From Bacteroidia bacterium (GTDB taxonomy: Bacteria > Bacteroidota > Bacteroidia > JAYUJA01): 43,703 nucleotides of DNA. The position numbers and the translations under genes were made by a program. The notes under the pieces are model-generated. The model did no database searches, was not told the origin of the DNA, and saw nothing but the letters and a program-made list of their open reading frames with translations. This document shows, piece after piece, positions 1-10,258 of this stretch (position 1 is its first letter; each line of letters opens with the position of its first letter). Where the stretch lies: NCBI GenBank assembly GCA_043765495.1, contig JAYUJA010000009.1:1-43703 (forward strand). Direction: 5' to 3'.

Positions 1-129
1 ACTTAGCACTTCTCTCCTACCAGTAAGGCTTGCCTGACGGCTTTCATTTATGATTCTGTAATCTTCTAACACAGCACTTTTGAATTGTTCAAAAGTAAGG
101 CTTGCATTGGTTTGGGTTGCTGTATGCAT
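1..129 (-). CDS. N-terminus (truncated by window edge) of a TPP-dependent 2-oxoacid dehydrogenase E1 alpha/beta fusion
   Basis: Manual translation from ATG at 129: MHTATQTNASLTFEQFKSAVLEDYRIINESRQASLTGRREVLS, resembling the Bacteroidota E1 fusion N-terminus (F..F...VL.DY......SR..SL.GRREVL). A TAnnTTTG motif lies on the minus strand at 191-198. Confidence 0.75.
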   Translation of the reverse strand, partial: MHTATQTNASLTFEQFKSAVLEDYRIINESRQASLTGRREVLS

Positions 130-393
130 GGGGTTTATTTTTTTATTTAGAATAGAAAATAGCTACTTTTACTTTACAGTGAATGTATGGCAAAAATAAT
201 AAAAAAGATATAGCTAGCAATAATTTAATGGTAAGTACAACAAATTAGTATAAAATTTATTTTTCGCTTATTATTTACTATTTTAGAATCTTGCTTTATA
301 CGAAATTAGCATTTTATAACGTTTTAATCATTACCTTTGCATTTCTCTATTTATTAAAATTAAAAATAATCATTCAAAACGTAATTTATCCCT

Positions 394-1716
394 ATGCTTT
401 CTTTTCGTAAATTTTTTGTTTCTAGCTGTATAGTATGTATTTTTAGTAGTATATTTGTTTCGTGTGAGAAACCCGAGCAAAATAGTGGACTCCTTCCTAA
501 TGAGGATTTAGTAAATATTTTATCTACCGATTCTTTCCAGATTAAAGCCACTACCCAAGCCATAGATTCATTGTCTGTAAGCCAGTCGGCTGGATTGGTA
601 CTAGGTAGTTACAACGATCCTATTTTTGGAAAAGTAGCAAGTGAATTATATTTAGGTTTTACGTTAGACAAAAGTAATGTTGCTTTTGGCAACGATATCA
701 TGGATTTGGTGGCGGATTCTTTGGTAGTAGTATTGCCTTATACAAGCTACTACGGAAACGAAATACCTACCGCAGACGCTCAAACAATAGAAGCCTATGA
801 ACTTACCCAAAAAATAGAGCTTGCACAAGCCTACTACTCCACGAATACCATAGAATATAACCCAACTTTGCTAGTAGCCAATACGGTATTACCGAAGCCT
901 ATGGATAGTATTATCAATAGTGTGACGAATAGAAAACAAGCCCCTCAAATGCGTTTTAAGCTAGACGCAGGTACAGCACAACGTTTTTTGGAGGAAGGTA
1001 CGCCAGGGCATATAGGATTACAAAATGACGCTAATTTTCAAAATTTCTTTAAGGGAGTTTGTCTTAAAAGTAACACCAATCAGACAGCGGGACATGGTGG
1101 TATCGCTACCTTCAACCCTATTACCACCAAGCTAGTACTATACTATCATTTTGTATCTACGGGCAAAAGTAGCTCTTTCGAGTTTATTGTAGGATCATCG
1201 CCCAAAGTAGTGAATCATTTTATCCATAAATACGATGGTACAGAAGTAGGACAAGCCTTAAATAATGCTACTAATAGTGTGGCAGGATATGTACAAGGTG
1301 TAGCAGGGACGTACATGGAAGTAAAATTCCCTTCTATGCCTGCTTTTTATGCTGCTAATACTATCCATGTAGCAAAAGCAGAATTGACTATCAAACCCGA
1401 AGCTGCTCCTATATTTGTCGCTCCAGCAGGGTTGTTTGTATTAAGAAAAGATGCTACTAATAATTTTCGTTCATTGCCTGAATATGGTAGCGGCAGTGTG
1501 TATAACTCTGTATCGTACGATTATTCTAAAAGCGGTTATGTAGTGAATGTTACTTCCTATATTCAGGATATACTAGGGCGGGAAAATGGAAAAACACCAC
1601 AAGCTATTACTAGTGGCTTATACTTCCTTACGGCTAATGGTGCTATCAGCCCAGCAAGAGCGAAATTCCTACTGTCTAACATGAAACTAAAAGTATACTA
1701 CCAAGTAGTGAATTAA
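394..1716 (+). CDS. DUF4270-family lipoprotein
   Basis: Lipobox-like FVSC; LVLGSYNDPIFG, DSLVVVLPY..YYG, FQNFFKG and YVQGVAG motifs. TACCTTTG at 332-339. Confidence 0.75.
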   Translation: MLSFRKFFVSSCIVCIFSSIFVSCEKPEQNSGLLPNEDLVNILSTDSFQIKATTQAIDSLSVSQSAGLVLGSYNDPIFGKVASELYLGFTLDKSNVAFGNDIMDLVADSLVVVLPYTSYYGNEIPTADAQTIEAYELTQKIELAQAYYSTNTIEYNPTLLVANTVLPKPMDSIINSVTNRKQAPQMRFKLDAGTAQRFLEEGTPGHIGLQNDANFQNFFKGVCLKSNTNQTAGHGGIATFNPITTKLVLYYHFVSTGKSSSFEFIVGSSPKVVNHFIHKYDGTEVGQALNNATNSVAGYVQGVAGTYMEVKFPSMPAFYAANTIHVAKAELTIKPEAAPIFVAPAGLFVLRKDATNNFRSLPEYGSGSVYNSVSYDYSKSGYVVNVTSYIQDILGRENGKTPQAITSGLYFLTANGAISPARAKFLLSNMKLKVYYQVVN

Positions 1717-1721
1717 GGGAA

Positions 1722-2444
1722 TTACTTTCCTATCCACGATAAAAACAATTCCAATCCTTGTTTTTTTCTTTCATCTAAATAGTAGTGAATGTACTGCGTC
1801 CAGTAGGTTTCATTATCAGGGTATAGCTTGCTTAATGCGGGTATACTTTCTACACCGTACTGTAATGCTTGATTAAAAACACGTATTATTTCTGTATCCA
1901 AACTAGGAAGTGTAGTAGCCCACACCGCAAATACAAAAGGTAGATTGGTATGGTTTTTCCACATTTCTGCCAAGTCGTATTGGTATGTATAACCTAGATT
2001 AAACGCTTTATCCCCGATTATTACGCCTGCGGTAGTGCCTTTTATTTTTTGCTGGTAGTGTTGTTTTGCGGGTTCTAAAACGGGTTGTATGTGCCAGTAA
2101 TTTTTACATAGTATGGTAGCTAATTGTATGGAAGTTCGGGATTCAAAATCTAGTAATAGTGTTTCTACTTCTTGGATAGGGCACTCACTGCACAGTAGTA
2201 CGGATTGTACTTTGCCATCTGCTGCGATTCCATAATCGCTAATTATTTTATAATAAGGCAATAATGGCAATATAGCCACTGGTACAAGTCCTATATCTAT
2301 CGTATTATCTAGCAATGCTTTTGCGCATTCTGCTGGCGAAAAAGTTTGTAGCGTGACTTCCATCTCCTTCGCAAAAGGTTTATTTTTTATACCATATAGA
2401 AATGGGATACTATTGGTATAGTTCACACAGCCTATGCGTATCAT
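1722..2444 (-). CDS. mqnA: Chorismate dehydratase (futalosine menaquinone pathway), MqnA family
   Basis: IG.VNYTNSIPF, DIGLVPV, G.VQSVLL, SRTS, IIGDKA and DLAEMW...T.LPFVFAVW motifs. Start placed at 2444, giving an ATGA overlap with the upstream stop. Confidence 0.85.
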   Translation of the reverse strand: MIRIGCVNYTNSIPFLYGIKNKPFAKEMEVTLQTFSPAECAKALLDNTIDIGLVPVAILPLLPYYKIISDYGIAADGKVQSVLLCSECPIQEVETLLLDFESRTSIQLATILCKNYWHIQPVLEPAKQHYQQKIKGTTAGVIIGDKAFNLGYTYQYDLAEMWKNHTNLPFVFAVWATTLPSLDTEIIRVFNQALQYGVESIPALSKLYPDNETYWTQYIHYYLDERKKQGLELFLSWIGK

Positions 2445-3376
2445 AAGGTAGTATATTTGTAAGCAGTATCGCAAAGTATGGTGACTACTCTTGCATTGTC
2501 ATCGTTTTTTTGTTCTAGGTATTTTATGGCTGCTGCTACGTTTGCACCTGCGCTATAGCCTACGTACAAAGCTTCTTTTGTGGATAATAATTTGGTAGTA
2601 GTAGCTACTTCGTCATCGGTAAGGGTGTAGATAGCATTTGCCACATTCTCCTCCCAGTGCGTAGGTACGAATCCATAGCCATTTCCTTGTATTATATGCT
2701 GTGGGTTTTCTATTTTTCCTGTTTTTAATATCGCAGCCGAAGCTGGTTCTACTGCAATACAATCGATGGTATTATTTTTTTCTTTCAAGTAAGTAGAAGT
2801 TCCAGTAAAAGTGCCAGCACTACCGATAGTAGCCACAAAAGCAGTGACAGTACCTTCAGTATCGTTCCATATTTCGGGGCCAGTAGTAGTGTAGTGTGCT
2901 TGTGTACCATATTCATTATTAAACTGATCTACATAATAAGCTCCTTGCCCTATCGCTATTTGACGTGCTACTTCGTCTGCTTTTTTTATGTCGTTGCCCG
3001 TTACTTTTCCCATTACTCCATCTACTTGTGGTACTAATATAATATTTACGTCTAGGGCTTTTAATATTTTTAGCCTTTCAGGGCTATTGCCTGCCGACAT
3101 TACTACGGTATACGGGTGTCCAAGTGCCAAACAAGCTACTGCTAACCCTGCTGCCATATTCCCGCTCGACATTTCTACTACTGCTTGATTAGGGGCTAGT
3201 ATTCCTTTTTGTTTTGCTTGGGTGAGAATGTAAAAAGCAGCTCTATCTTTTACAGAACCACCTGGTTGTATGAATTCCATTTTTCCATATAATTTTCCTT
3301 TTCCTGTGTATATTCTGGATAGTTCTAGTAATGGAGTATTGAATATAAAATCCGTAATACTGTGTAATATTTTCAT
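2441..3376 (-). CDS. PLP-dependent cysteine synthase family protein
   Basis: NTPL, KME..QPGGSVKDR (PLP lysine), SSGN, QFNN...AHY.TTGPEIW and VVTILCD motifs; several motifs deviate from CysK. Confidence 0.85.
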   Translation of the reverse strand: MKILHSITDFIFNTPLLELSRIYTGKGKLYGKMEFIQPGGSVKDRAAFYILTQAKQKGILAPNQAVVEMSSGNMAAGLAVACLALGHPYTVVMSAGNSPERLKILKALDVNIILVPQVDGVMGKVTGNDIKKADEVARQIAIGQGAYYVDQFNNEYGTQAHYTTTGPEIWNDTEGTVTAFVATIGSAGTFTGTSTYLKEKNNTIDCIAVEPASAAILKTGKIENPQHIIQGNGYGFVPTHWEENVANAIYTLTDDEVATTTKLLSTKEALYVGYSAGANVAAAIKYLEQKNDDNARVVTILCDTAYKYTTL

Positions 3377-3477
3377 AAAAAATAAGTAGTGTTAAAAAGG
3401 CAAATTTATTTTTTTTATTCCTAATAAAAAAAATAAATTACATTTGTGCATTCCAATACTTTATACCTAGTAATACG

Positions 3478-3813
3478 ATGAATAAATACCTGTTCAGCAT
3501 AGCCATAGTAGCATCTTGTATAGCAGCATCTTGCAAAACTAAAACGGTGGTTACTACCGCTCCCAAAGTAGCAGCTACTCCAGCACTATTAGCACAAGGA
3601 AATAAAGTATACCAAACCAACTGTGTGGGCTGCCATGCTGCTGCTTCTTACAGCGATTGCAAAGGTCCAAATCTAGCTAGTATGACACTTTCTACTATAA
3701 AAATAACCAAAGTAATAAATAATGGAGATGGCTGTATGCCAAGCTTCAAAGAAAACCTATCCGCCGTAGATATAAACGCAGTAGCAGAATACGTACACAG
3801 TATACAACGATAA
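3478..3813 (+). CDS. Class I c-type cytochrome, probable lipoprotein
   Basis: Lipobox-like AASC, CVGCH heme motif, GPNL, MPSF axial Met and a C-terminal AVAEYV helix. Confidence 0.85.
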   Translation: MNKYLFSIAIVASCIAASCKTKTVVTTAPKVAATPALLAQGNKVYQTNCVGCHAAASYSDCKGPNLASMTLSTIKITKVINNGDGCMPSFKENLSAVDINAVAEYVHSIQR

Positions 3814-3815
3814 TT

Positions 3816-4631
3816 ATGCTCCCAACTATCGCCCTCCTGAAAAAATATAGCCAGCCAAGTTTTTTTTTAATGGCAGGCCCATGTGTGATTGAAAATGCTA
3901 TCAATCCTTTTGAAATAGCCGAACAATTAGTAGCTATCACCAGCGAGTTACAAATTCCTTTTATATTCAAAGCTTCGTTTCGTAAAGCCAATAGAAGCAA
4001 ATTAAGCTCTTTTACTGGTATTGGTGATAAGCAAGCACTAGAAATAATAGCACAAGTAAGTAAGCAATACCAAATACCTACTGTCACGGATATACATAGC
4101 CCCGAAGATGCGTATCTAGCGGCAGAATATGGTATAGATGTGTTACAAATCCCAGCTTTTCTTTGCCGCCAAACAGACTTACTAGTAGCAGCAGCAGCAA
4201 CAGGTAAGTACGTGAATGTGAAAAAAGGACAATTTTCGTCCCCAGCTTCCATGAAGCATGCAGTAGAAAAAATACAAGCAAATGGAAATAGTAACGTGAT
4301 GCTCACGGATAGAGGTACACAATTTGGCTACCAAGACCTAGTAGTAGACTATAGAGGGATACCTATCATGCAATCCTTCGGTGTGCCAGTATTGCTAGAT
4401 GTGACGCATTCATTACAGCAACCTAACCAAGAAATTGGCGTCACTGGTGGGCAGCCGCAGTACATCGCTACCCTCGCCAAAGCAGCCATAGCAGTAGGCG
4501 TAGATGGCTTATTTATAGAAACCCACCCTGACCCCAGTAAAGCACTATCCGACGGGGCTAATATGCTAGAAATAAGCAAAATAAAAGACTTGTTATTACA
4601 GTTAAAAGCCATATACCAAGCCGTACAATAA
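3816..4631 (+). CDS. kdsA: 3-deoxy-8-phosphooctulonate (KDO8P) synthase
   Basis: AGPCVIE, KAS..KANRS, LQIPAFLCRQTDLL, NVKKGQF, DVTHSLQQP and ETHPDP..ALSDG motifs. Confidence 0.97.
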   Translation: MLPTIALLKKYSQPSFFLMAGPCVIENAINPFEIAEQLVAITSELQIPFIFKASFRKANRSKLSSFTGIGDKQALEIIAQVSKQYQIPTVTDIHSPEDAYLAAEYGIDVLQIPAFLCRQTDLLVAAAATGKYVNVKKGQFSSPASMKHAVEKIQANGNSNVMLTDRGTQFGYQDLVVDYRGIPIMQSFGVPVLLDVTHSLQQPNQEIGVTGGQPQYIATLAKAAIAVGVDGLFIETHPDPSKALSDGANMLEISKIKDLLLQLKAIYQAVQ

Positions 4632-4715
4632 ATAATAACATACCTATCCTATATACGAAATACGTGTGTATAAGCGTTTATCTTTATATTAAAAAAACCA
4701 ATACTTACTCTATCA

Positions 4716-6272
4716 ATGGAAAAATTTCAAATTTTATGGGCAGATGACGAAATAGAGCTACTGAAGCCCTACGTCATGTTTCTGAAAGAAAAAGAATACG
4801 ATGTGACTACCTGTAATAGCGGCGTAGATGCCATTGATCTAGTGACTCAAACCAATTTTGACATCGTATTTTTAGACGAAAATATGCCAGGTTTAAGTGG
4901 GTTAGAAACACTTACAAAAATCAAAAGTATACGCCCACAGTTGCCCATTATAATGATTACCAAAAGTGAGCAAGAGCAGATTATGGAAGATGCTATTGGT
5001 TCTAAAATAGCGGATTATCTGATAAAACCAGTGAACCCTAACCAAATATTATTGACCCTAAAAAAAATATTAGATCACAAGCGTTTGATACGAGAAAAAA
5101 CCACCAAAAACTACCAACAAGAATTCCGACAGTTAGGCATGCAGATTAGCCCGTACCTATCGTGGCAAGAATGGGTAGAATTGTATAAAAAACTAATATT
5201 TTGGGAGTTAGAATTAGAAAAATCTAGAGATGAAAGCATGTTTGATATGCTACTTATGCAAAAGCATGAAGCAAATACGAACTTTGCTCGTTTCATCAGC
5301 AATAATTACGAAGACTGGGTAAATATGCGTGTACCAGACGTGCCAACGCTTTCGCATACGCTGTTCAAAAATAAAATAGCACCCGAAATCGATAAACCCG
5401 AAAACCTGTATTTAATAGTAATAGATAACCTACGCTACGACCAATGGAAATCCATAGAGCCCATCATATCCGAGTATTTTAGAGTAGATAAAGAAGAAGT
5501 GTTTTTTAGTATTCTCCCTACTGCCACCCATTACGCCCGAAACAGCTTGTTTGCAGGATTAATGCCTTCAGAAATCGCCAAAAGACACCCACAATACTGG
5601 GTAGGAGAAAGCGAAACAGACGAAGGAAAAAATCAATACGAAGCAGAATTATTAGGCGAGCAACTACGCAGACTAGGCAAAAATGTAAAACATAGTTACA
5701 ATAAAATTACTAATCTTACCAATGGTAAAAAATTAGCGGAAAATTTTTACCAATTAGATGCTAATAAACTAAATGTAGTAGTATACAACTTCGTAGATAT
5801 GCTTTCGCACGCACGTACCGACATGGAAGTAATAAAAGAACTTGCCGACGATGAAGCAGCTTACAGAGCTTTAACCGTATCATGGTTCGAACATTCGCCA
5901 CTATGGGAAATGATGCAGCAGATATCCGATAAAAAAGGACGTATGATAATAACTACCGACCATGGCACCATAAAAGTAAAAGAAGCTACACAAGTAATAG
6001 GCGATAAAAATACCAATACTAATTTACGATACAAAGTAGGCAAAGCACTGGACTACGATCCCGATGATGTATTTGAAGTAAAAAACCCAACGAGTATATT
6101 TTTACCAAAAGAAAATGTAAGTAGTAGCTATATATTTGCGAAAACAGATTTATTTTTTGCGTATAGAAATAATTATAATTATTATGTAAGTTACTATAAA
6201 AACACGTTCCAACATGGTGGTGTATCGTTAGAAGAAATGATTATCCCAGTTATTACGTTGAGCAGTAGATAA
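4716..6272 (+). CDS. porX: PorX-type response regulator (REC + PglZ/alkaline phosphatase domain), T9SS regulator
   Basis: ILWADDEI, FLDENMPG, ITKSE, IDNLRYDQW, LPTAT.YARN, TTDHG and FQHGGVSLEEM motifs; 518 aa. Confidence 0.93.
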   Translation: MEKFQILWADDEIELLKPYVMFLKEKEYDVTTCNSGVDAIDLVTQTNFDIVFLDENMPGLSGLETLTKIKSIRPQLPIIMITKSEQEQIMEDAIGSKIADYLIKPVNPNQILLTLKKILDHKRLIREKTTKNYQQEFRQLGMQISPYLSWQEWVELYKKLIFWELELEKSRDESMFDMLLMQKHEANTNFARFISNNYEDWVNMRVPDVPTLSHTLFKNKIAPEIDKPENLYLIVIDNLRYDQWKSIEPIISEYFRVDKEEVFFSILPTATHYARNSLFAGLMPSEIAKRHPQYWVGESETDEGKNQYEAELLGEQLRRLGKNVKHSYNKITNLTNGKKLAENFYQLDANKLNVVVYNFVDMLSHARTDMEVIKELADDEAAYRALTVSWFEHSPLWEMMQQISDKKGRMIITTDHGTIKVKEATQVIGDKNTNTNLRYKVGKALDYDPDDVFEVKNPTSIFLPKENVSSSYIFAKTDLFFAYRNNYNYYVSYYKNTFQHGGVSLEEMIIPVITLSSR

Positions 6273-6417
6273 AATTTTGCTTCCGCTATACCGCTTTTTT
6301 AATACATTATAGATACTTAATCTCTAACTATTCTTATGGTAAAAATAGTTGGAGATTTTTTTCATTCATTACACTAATTATCTTTATTTTTGCAGCTCTT
6401 TCCTAAAAAAACATTCT

Positions 6418-9141
6418 ATGCAATTTAATACTTCTACTATAGACCAACAAAGCCAACAAAAATGGCAAAAATACGCTATCTATAAAGTAAATAATACCTC
6501 CGATAAGCCAAAATACTATGTGCTAGACATGTTCCCCTACCCATCAGGAGCAGGCTTACACGTAGGACACCCACTAGGCTACGTAGCTTCGGACATATTT
6601 GCTAGGTATAAACGCCTAAAAGGATACAATGTACTACATCCAATGGGCTTTGACGCTTTCGGGCTACCAGCAGAGCAGTACGCTATACAGCAAGGTAAAG
6701 CACCACAAATCACTACCGAAGAAAATATCGCTAATTATAAAAAACAATTAGCTAAAATAGGTTTAAGCTATGACTGGGATAGAGAAGTAAATACCTCTGA
6801 ACCCGCTTATTATAAATGGACACAGTGGATATTTACACAAATTTATAGTAGCTATTTCAATCCCATCATCCAAAAAGCTACTCCCATCTCCGAACTAGAA
6901 ACTTTATTTACGAACGATGGAAATAGTAGCCTAAAACAATACCTAGGTAGAATGCACTCCTGTACTACTGTTTTCAGTGCTATGGAATGGAAAAATTATT
7001 CTAGTATAGAAAAACAAACTATTTTATTGAAATATCGTTTAGCTTACATAGACTATGCGAGTGTAAACTGGTGCGAAGCACTGGGTACAGTACTAGCAAA
7101 CGATGAAGTGATAAACGGACTATCGGAAAGAGGAAACCACCCCGTAGAAAGAAAAAAGATGCGACAATGGTTTTTACGAACTACTGCACTAGCAGACAGA
7201 CTACTCGACGGGCTGGATACACTCGACTGGACAGATGCCTTGAAGGAAATGCAGCGCAACTGGATAGGCAAATCCGAAGGGGCAAGTATTCATTTCCCAT
7301 TAGATAATTCTACTGCTACCATTGAAGTATTCACTACACGCCCCGATACCATCTACGAAGCTACTTTCCTTACTATCGCCCCTGAACACCCCCTAGTAGC
7401 CGCATTGATAGATAGTAGTACTGCCATAGCGGATTATGTTTATAAAGCAAAAAACCGCTCTGATAGAGATAGAATGGCAGAAGTAAAAAAAGTGACAGGC
7501 GTATTTTCTGGATTATATGCTATACACCCATTTCGTAATACTAAAATACCAGTATGGATAGGCGATTATGTACTAGGAGGCTATGGAACTGGTGCAGTGA
7601 TGGCAGTACCCATATCCGATGCACGAGATTTTGCATTCGCTACCGAATTTAATCTTCCTATCCAAGAACCAGAAACCGATACCGACGAAGATATTCCTGC
7701 CCTAAAAGAAAAAGCTATACAAAAAATAGAAGCAAAAGGTATCGGCAAACGTACTATCAACTACCGACTGCGAGACGCAGGATTTAGCCGTCAGCGGTAT
7801 TGGGGAGAGCCTTTCCCTATTACGTACAACAAAGAAGAAATAAATGTAGTACAAGAATTACCAGTTATTTTACCGATAGTAGCAGGATACCAACCCACCA
7901 AAGACGGAAAATCGCCACTAGCAGCTATCACCGAATGGACACACTTACCCGACGGTAGTATACGCGAAACCGACACCATGCCAGGATTTGCTGGTTCTTC
8001 TTGGTACTTTTTAAGATACATGGATCCAACGAATACAGAAAGATTCGTAGGGCAGGGTATAGAAAAATATTGGCAGCAAGTAGATGTATACCTAGGCGGT
8101 ACAGAACATGCAGTAGGACATTTATTGTACGCACGATTTACGCATAAAATACTATTCGATTTAGGGCATGTAAGTGTAGACGAACCATTCAAAAAACTAG
8201 TAAACCAAGGCATGATACTGGGTAGAAGTAGTTTTGTATACTATGATGTAGCTACGAACAGCCTTGTAACGCATTCCTTACTATCGCACTACCCCGAAGC
8301 CATCGCTATACACATCGCTATCCATTGGATAAAAGAAATAAATGGAAAAGATATATTAGATAAAGATCTTTTTATACAAAATAGAAAAGACTATACTACT
8401 GCAAACTGGGTACTAGAAGCCGATGGTAGCTATGTATGTGGGCACGAAATAGAAAAAATGTCTAAATCCAAATTCAATGTAGTGAACCCCGATGATATAG
8501 TAGACAAATATGGTGCAGACACGTTTAGAATGTATGAAATGTTCCTAGGTCCTATCGAGCAGTCCAAGCCTTGGCTTACCAATGGAATAGAAGGAGTGTA
8601 TAGATTCCTACGCAAGCTATGGCGTTTGTTTTACGATGAAAATGATAACTATATAGTAACAGAAGAAATTCCTACTGAAAAAGAACTAGCTATTTTACAC
8701 AAAACCATCAAAAAAGTAGGCGAAGACATAGAACGATTTTCCTTCAATACCTGTGTAAGCTCTTATATGATAGCCGTAAACTCTTTTGCAGAGATAAAAT
8801 GCCATAAAAAAGCAATACTAAAAGATTTCTTGGTACTGCTATCTTCCTTTGCACCACATACTACCGAAGTATTATGGGAAAGTATAGGAGAAAAAGACTG
8901 CATCATAACAGCGGAATTTCCTATTTATAAAAACCAATATTTACAAGAAAGTAATTGTGAATATCCTGTTTCTTTTAATGGCAAAGTACGCTTCAAAGTA
9001 ATACTACCTACAACTATGCCCGCACTAGAAGTAGAAAATTTTATCCGTAGCCATGCACAATTAGAAACACACACAGAAGGTAAAAGCATCAAAAAAATAA
9101 TCGTCGTTCCTACCAAAATTATAAATATCGTTTTGGGATAA
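6418..9141 (+). CDS. leuS: Leucine--tRNA ligase
   Basis: MFPYPSGAGLHVGH, TTRPDT, SRQRYWGEPFP and KMSKS motifs. Start moved to ATG 6418, downstream of TATTTTTG at 6385-6392. Confidence 0.97.
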   Translation: MQFNTSTIDQQSQQKWQKYAIYKVNNTSDKPKYYVLDMFPYPSGAGLHVGHPLGYVASDIFARYKRLKGYNVLHPMGFDAFGLPAEQYAIQQGKAPQITTEENIANYKKQLAKIGLSYDWDREVNTSEPAYYKWTQWIFTQIYSSYFNPIIQKATPISELETLFTNDGNSSLKQYLGRMHSCTTVFSAMEWKNYSSIEKQTILLKYRLAYIDYASVNWCEALGTVLANDEVINGLSERGNHPVERKKMRQWFLRTTALADRLLDGLDTLDWTDALKEMQRNWIGKSEGASIHFPLDNSTATIEVFTTRPDTIYEATFLTIAPEHPLVAALIDSSTAIADYVYKAKNRSDRDRMAEVKKVTGVFSGLYAIHPFRNTKIPVWIGDYVLGGYGTGAVMAVPISDARDFAFATEFNLPIQEPETDTDEDIPALKEKAIQKIEAKGIGKRTINYRLRDAGFSRQRYWGEPFPITYNKEEINVVQELPVILPIVAGYQPTKDGKSPLAAITEWTHLPDGSIRETDTMPGFAGSSWYFLRYMDPTNTERFVGQGIEKYWQQVDVYLGGTEHAVGHLLYARFTHKILFDLGHVSVDEPFKKLVNQGMILGRSSFVYYDVATNSLVTHSLLSHYPEAIAIHIAIHWIKEINGKDILDKDLFIQNRKDYTTANWVLEADGSYVCGHEIEKMSKSKFNVVNPDDIVDKYGADTFRMYEMFLGPIEQSKPWLTNGIEGVYRFLRKLWRLFYDENDNYIVTEEIPTEKELAILHKTIKKVGEDIERFSFNTCVSSYMIAVNSFAEIKCHKKAILKDFLVLLSSFAPHTTEVLWESIGEKDCIITAEFPIYKNQYLQESNCEYPVSFNGKVRFKVILPTTMPALEVENFIRSHAQLETHTEGKSIKKIIVVPTKIINIVLG

Positions 9142-9265
9142 TCGTAACTAAATAGTAGCTACCATTATAGAACTAAAAAAAATATTACACTAGTTTTATT
9201 TGGAATTACAAAATACCTTTGTAATTTTGCACCAGAAAACCAACCATTCTACCCCAACCCCAACT

Positions 9266-10159
9266 ATGAAAAAAGCGTTATTCATCGCTGCATCTGTTGC
9301 CATCTCTTCTTTGGCTTCCGCTCAAAACTGTTCTGATTTATTTATCTCAGAATACGTAGAAGGCACAGGTAACAACAAAGCTATTGAGTTTTACAACCCA
9401 ACAGCAACCCCTATCAACCTGTCTGGTTACAAGTTTATCCGTTATTCTAACGGTAGCTTCACTGGTACAGATTCTACGTCTTTAGTAGGTACAGTGCCAG
9501 CGTATGGTACTTTTGTACTAGTAAATGGACAAAAAACTTCTGACGCTAACTCCCCAGCATGTGATCTAGTATTGCAAGCATTGAGTAATCAATTAGATGG
9601 TGCGTATCCTGCTCCTACTTATGTAAATGGAGACGATGCTTTAGTATTAAGAAAAGGAGGAGTAGTATTAGATATTTTTGGTAAAATAGGCGAAGATCCA
9701 GGTAGTGCTTGGTCAGATCCTGCAGATGCTTCTAACCGTTGGTGGACAGCTAACCATACTTTAAGACGTAAAGCTGGCGTAAATAAAGGAGTAAGTACTA
9801 ACCCTATCGCATTCAACGTAACTACCGAGTGGGATTCATTACCAAATAATTCTTGGGTAAACCTAGGACAGCATAATTGCGTATGTGGCAACGCTGGTAT
9901 ACAAGATATATCTGCTCCACAAGCTAGTATATTCCCTAACCCATCTACCGATGGTAACTTCACTGTTGTAGCTCCAATTAATATTTCTAAAGCTAGTATA
10001 TACAATAGCCTAGGACAATTAGTAACCGTTATCACCAATGAAATACCTTCTAAAAACTTAACTGTAAAAAACAATACTCTACCAGTAGGATTATACGTAG
10101 TAGCAGTACAGTACGCAGCTAACAACCAAGTTACTACTACTAAATTTATTGTAAAATAA
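9266..10159 (+). CDS. Lamin-tail-domain protein with T9SS type A C-terminal sorting domain
   Basis: Signal peptide; LFISEYVEG.GNNKAIEFYN and NGDDA.VL motifs; C-terminal IFPNPS...IYNSLGQ...LPVGLY...KFIVK. Confidence 0.85.
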   Translation: MKKALFIAASVAISSLASAQNCSDLFISEYVEGTGNNKAIEFYNPTATPINLSGYKFIRYSNGSFTGTDSTSLVGTVPAYGTFVLVNGQKTSDANSPACDLVLQALSNQLDGAYPAPTYVNGDDALVLRKGGVVLDIFGKIGEDPGSAWSDPADASNRWWTANHTLRRKAGVNKGVSTNPIAFNVTTEWDSLPNNSWVNLGQHNCVCGNAGIQDISAPQASIFPNPSTDGNFTVVAPINISKASIYNSLGQLVTVITNEIPSKNLTVKNNTLPVGLYVVAVQYAANNQVTTTKFIVK

Positions 10160-10186
10160 TATTCTTTTCAAATCTAACAAAAATAC

Positions 10187-10215
10187 AAGGGAGGTAAATT
10201 TATCTCCCTTTTTTT
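10187..10215 (+). terminator. Probable intrinsic terminator
   Basis: AAGGGAG...CTCCCTT stem followed by a T run. Confidence 0.6.
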
Positions 10216-10258
10216 GTTGTCTTTATTTATTTTCTATTCTAAATATTCTCTTTTTTTT

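Noticed and set aside
6349-6417. TTG-initiated N-terminal extensions in the ORF track (leuS; similarly 9200, 10214, 18946, 28799)
   Set aside because: They overlap promoter motifs or terminators; downstream ATGs match expected protein starts better.
7330-7720. Possibly degenerate LeuRS editing domain (TIYEAT, VPISDARD, short following segment)
   Set aside because: The Thr-rich motif, GTG and the conserved Asp residues are retained; loss of function cannot be supported without an alignment.
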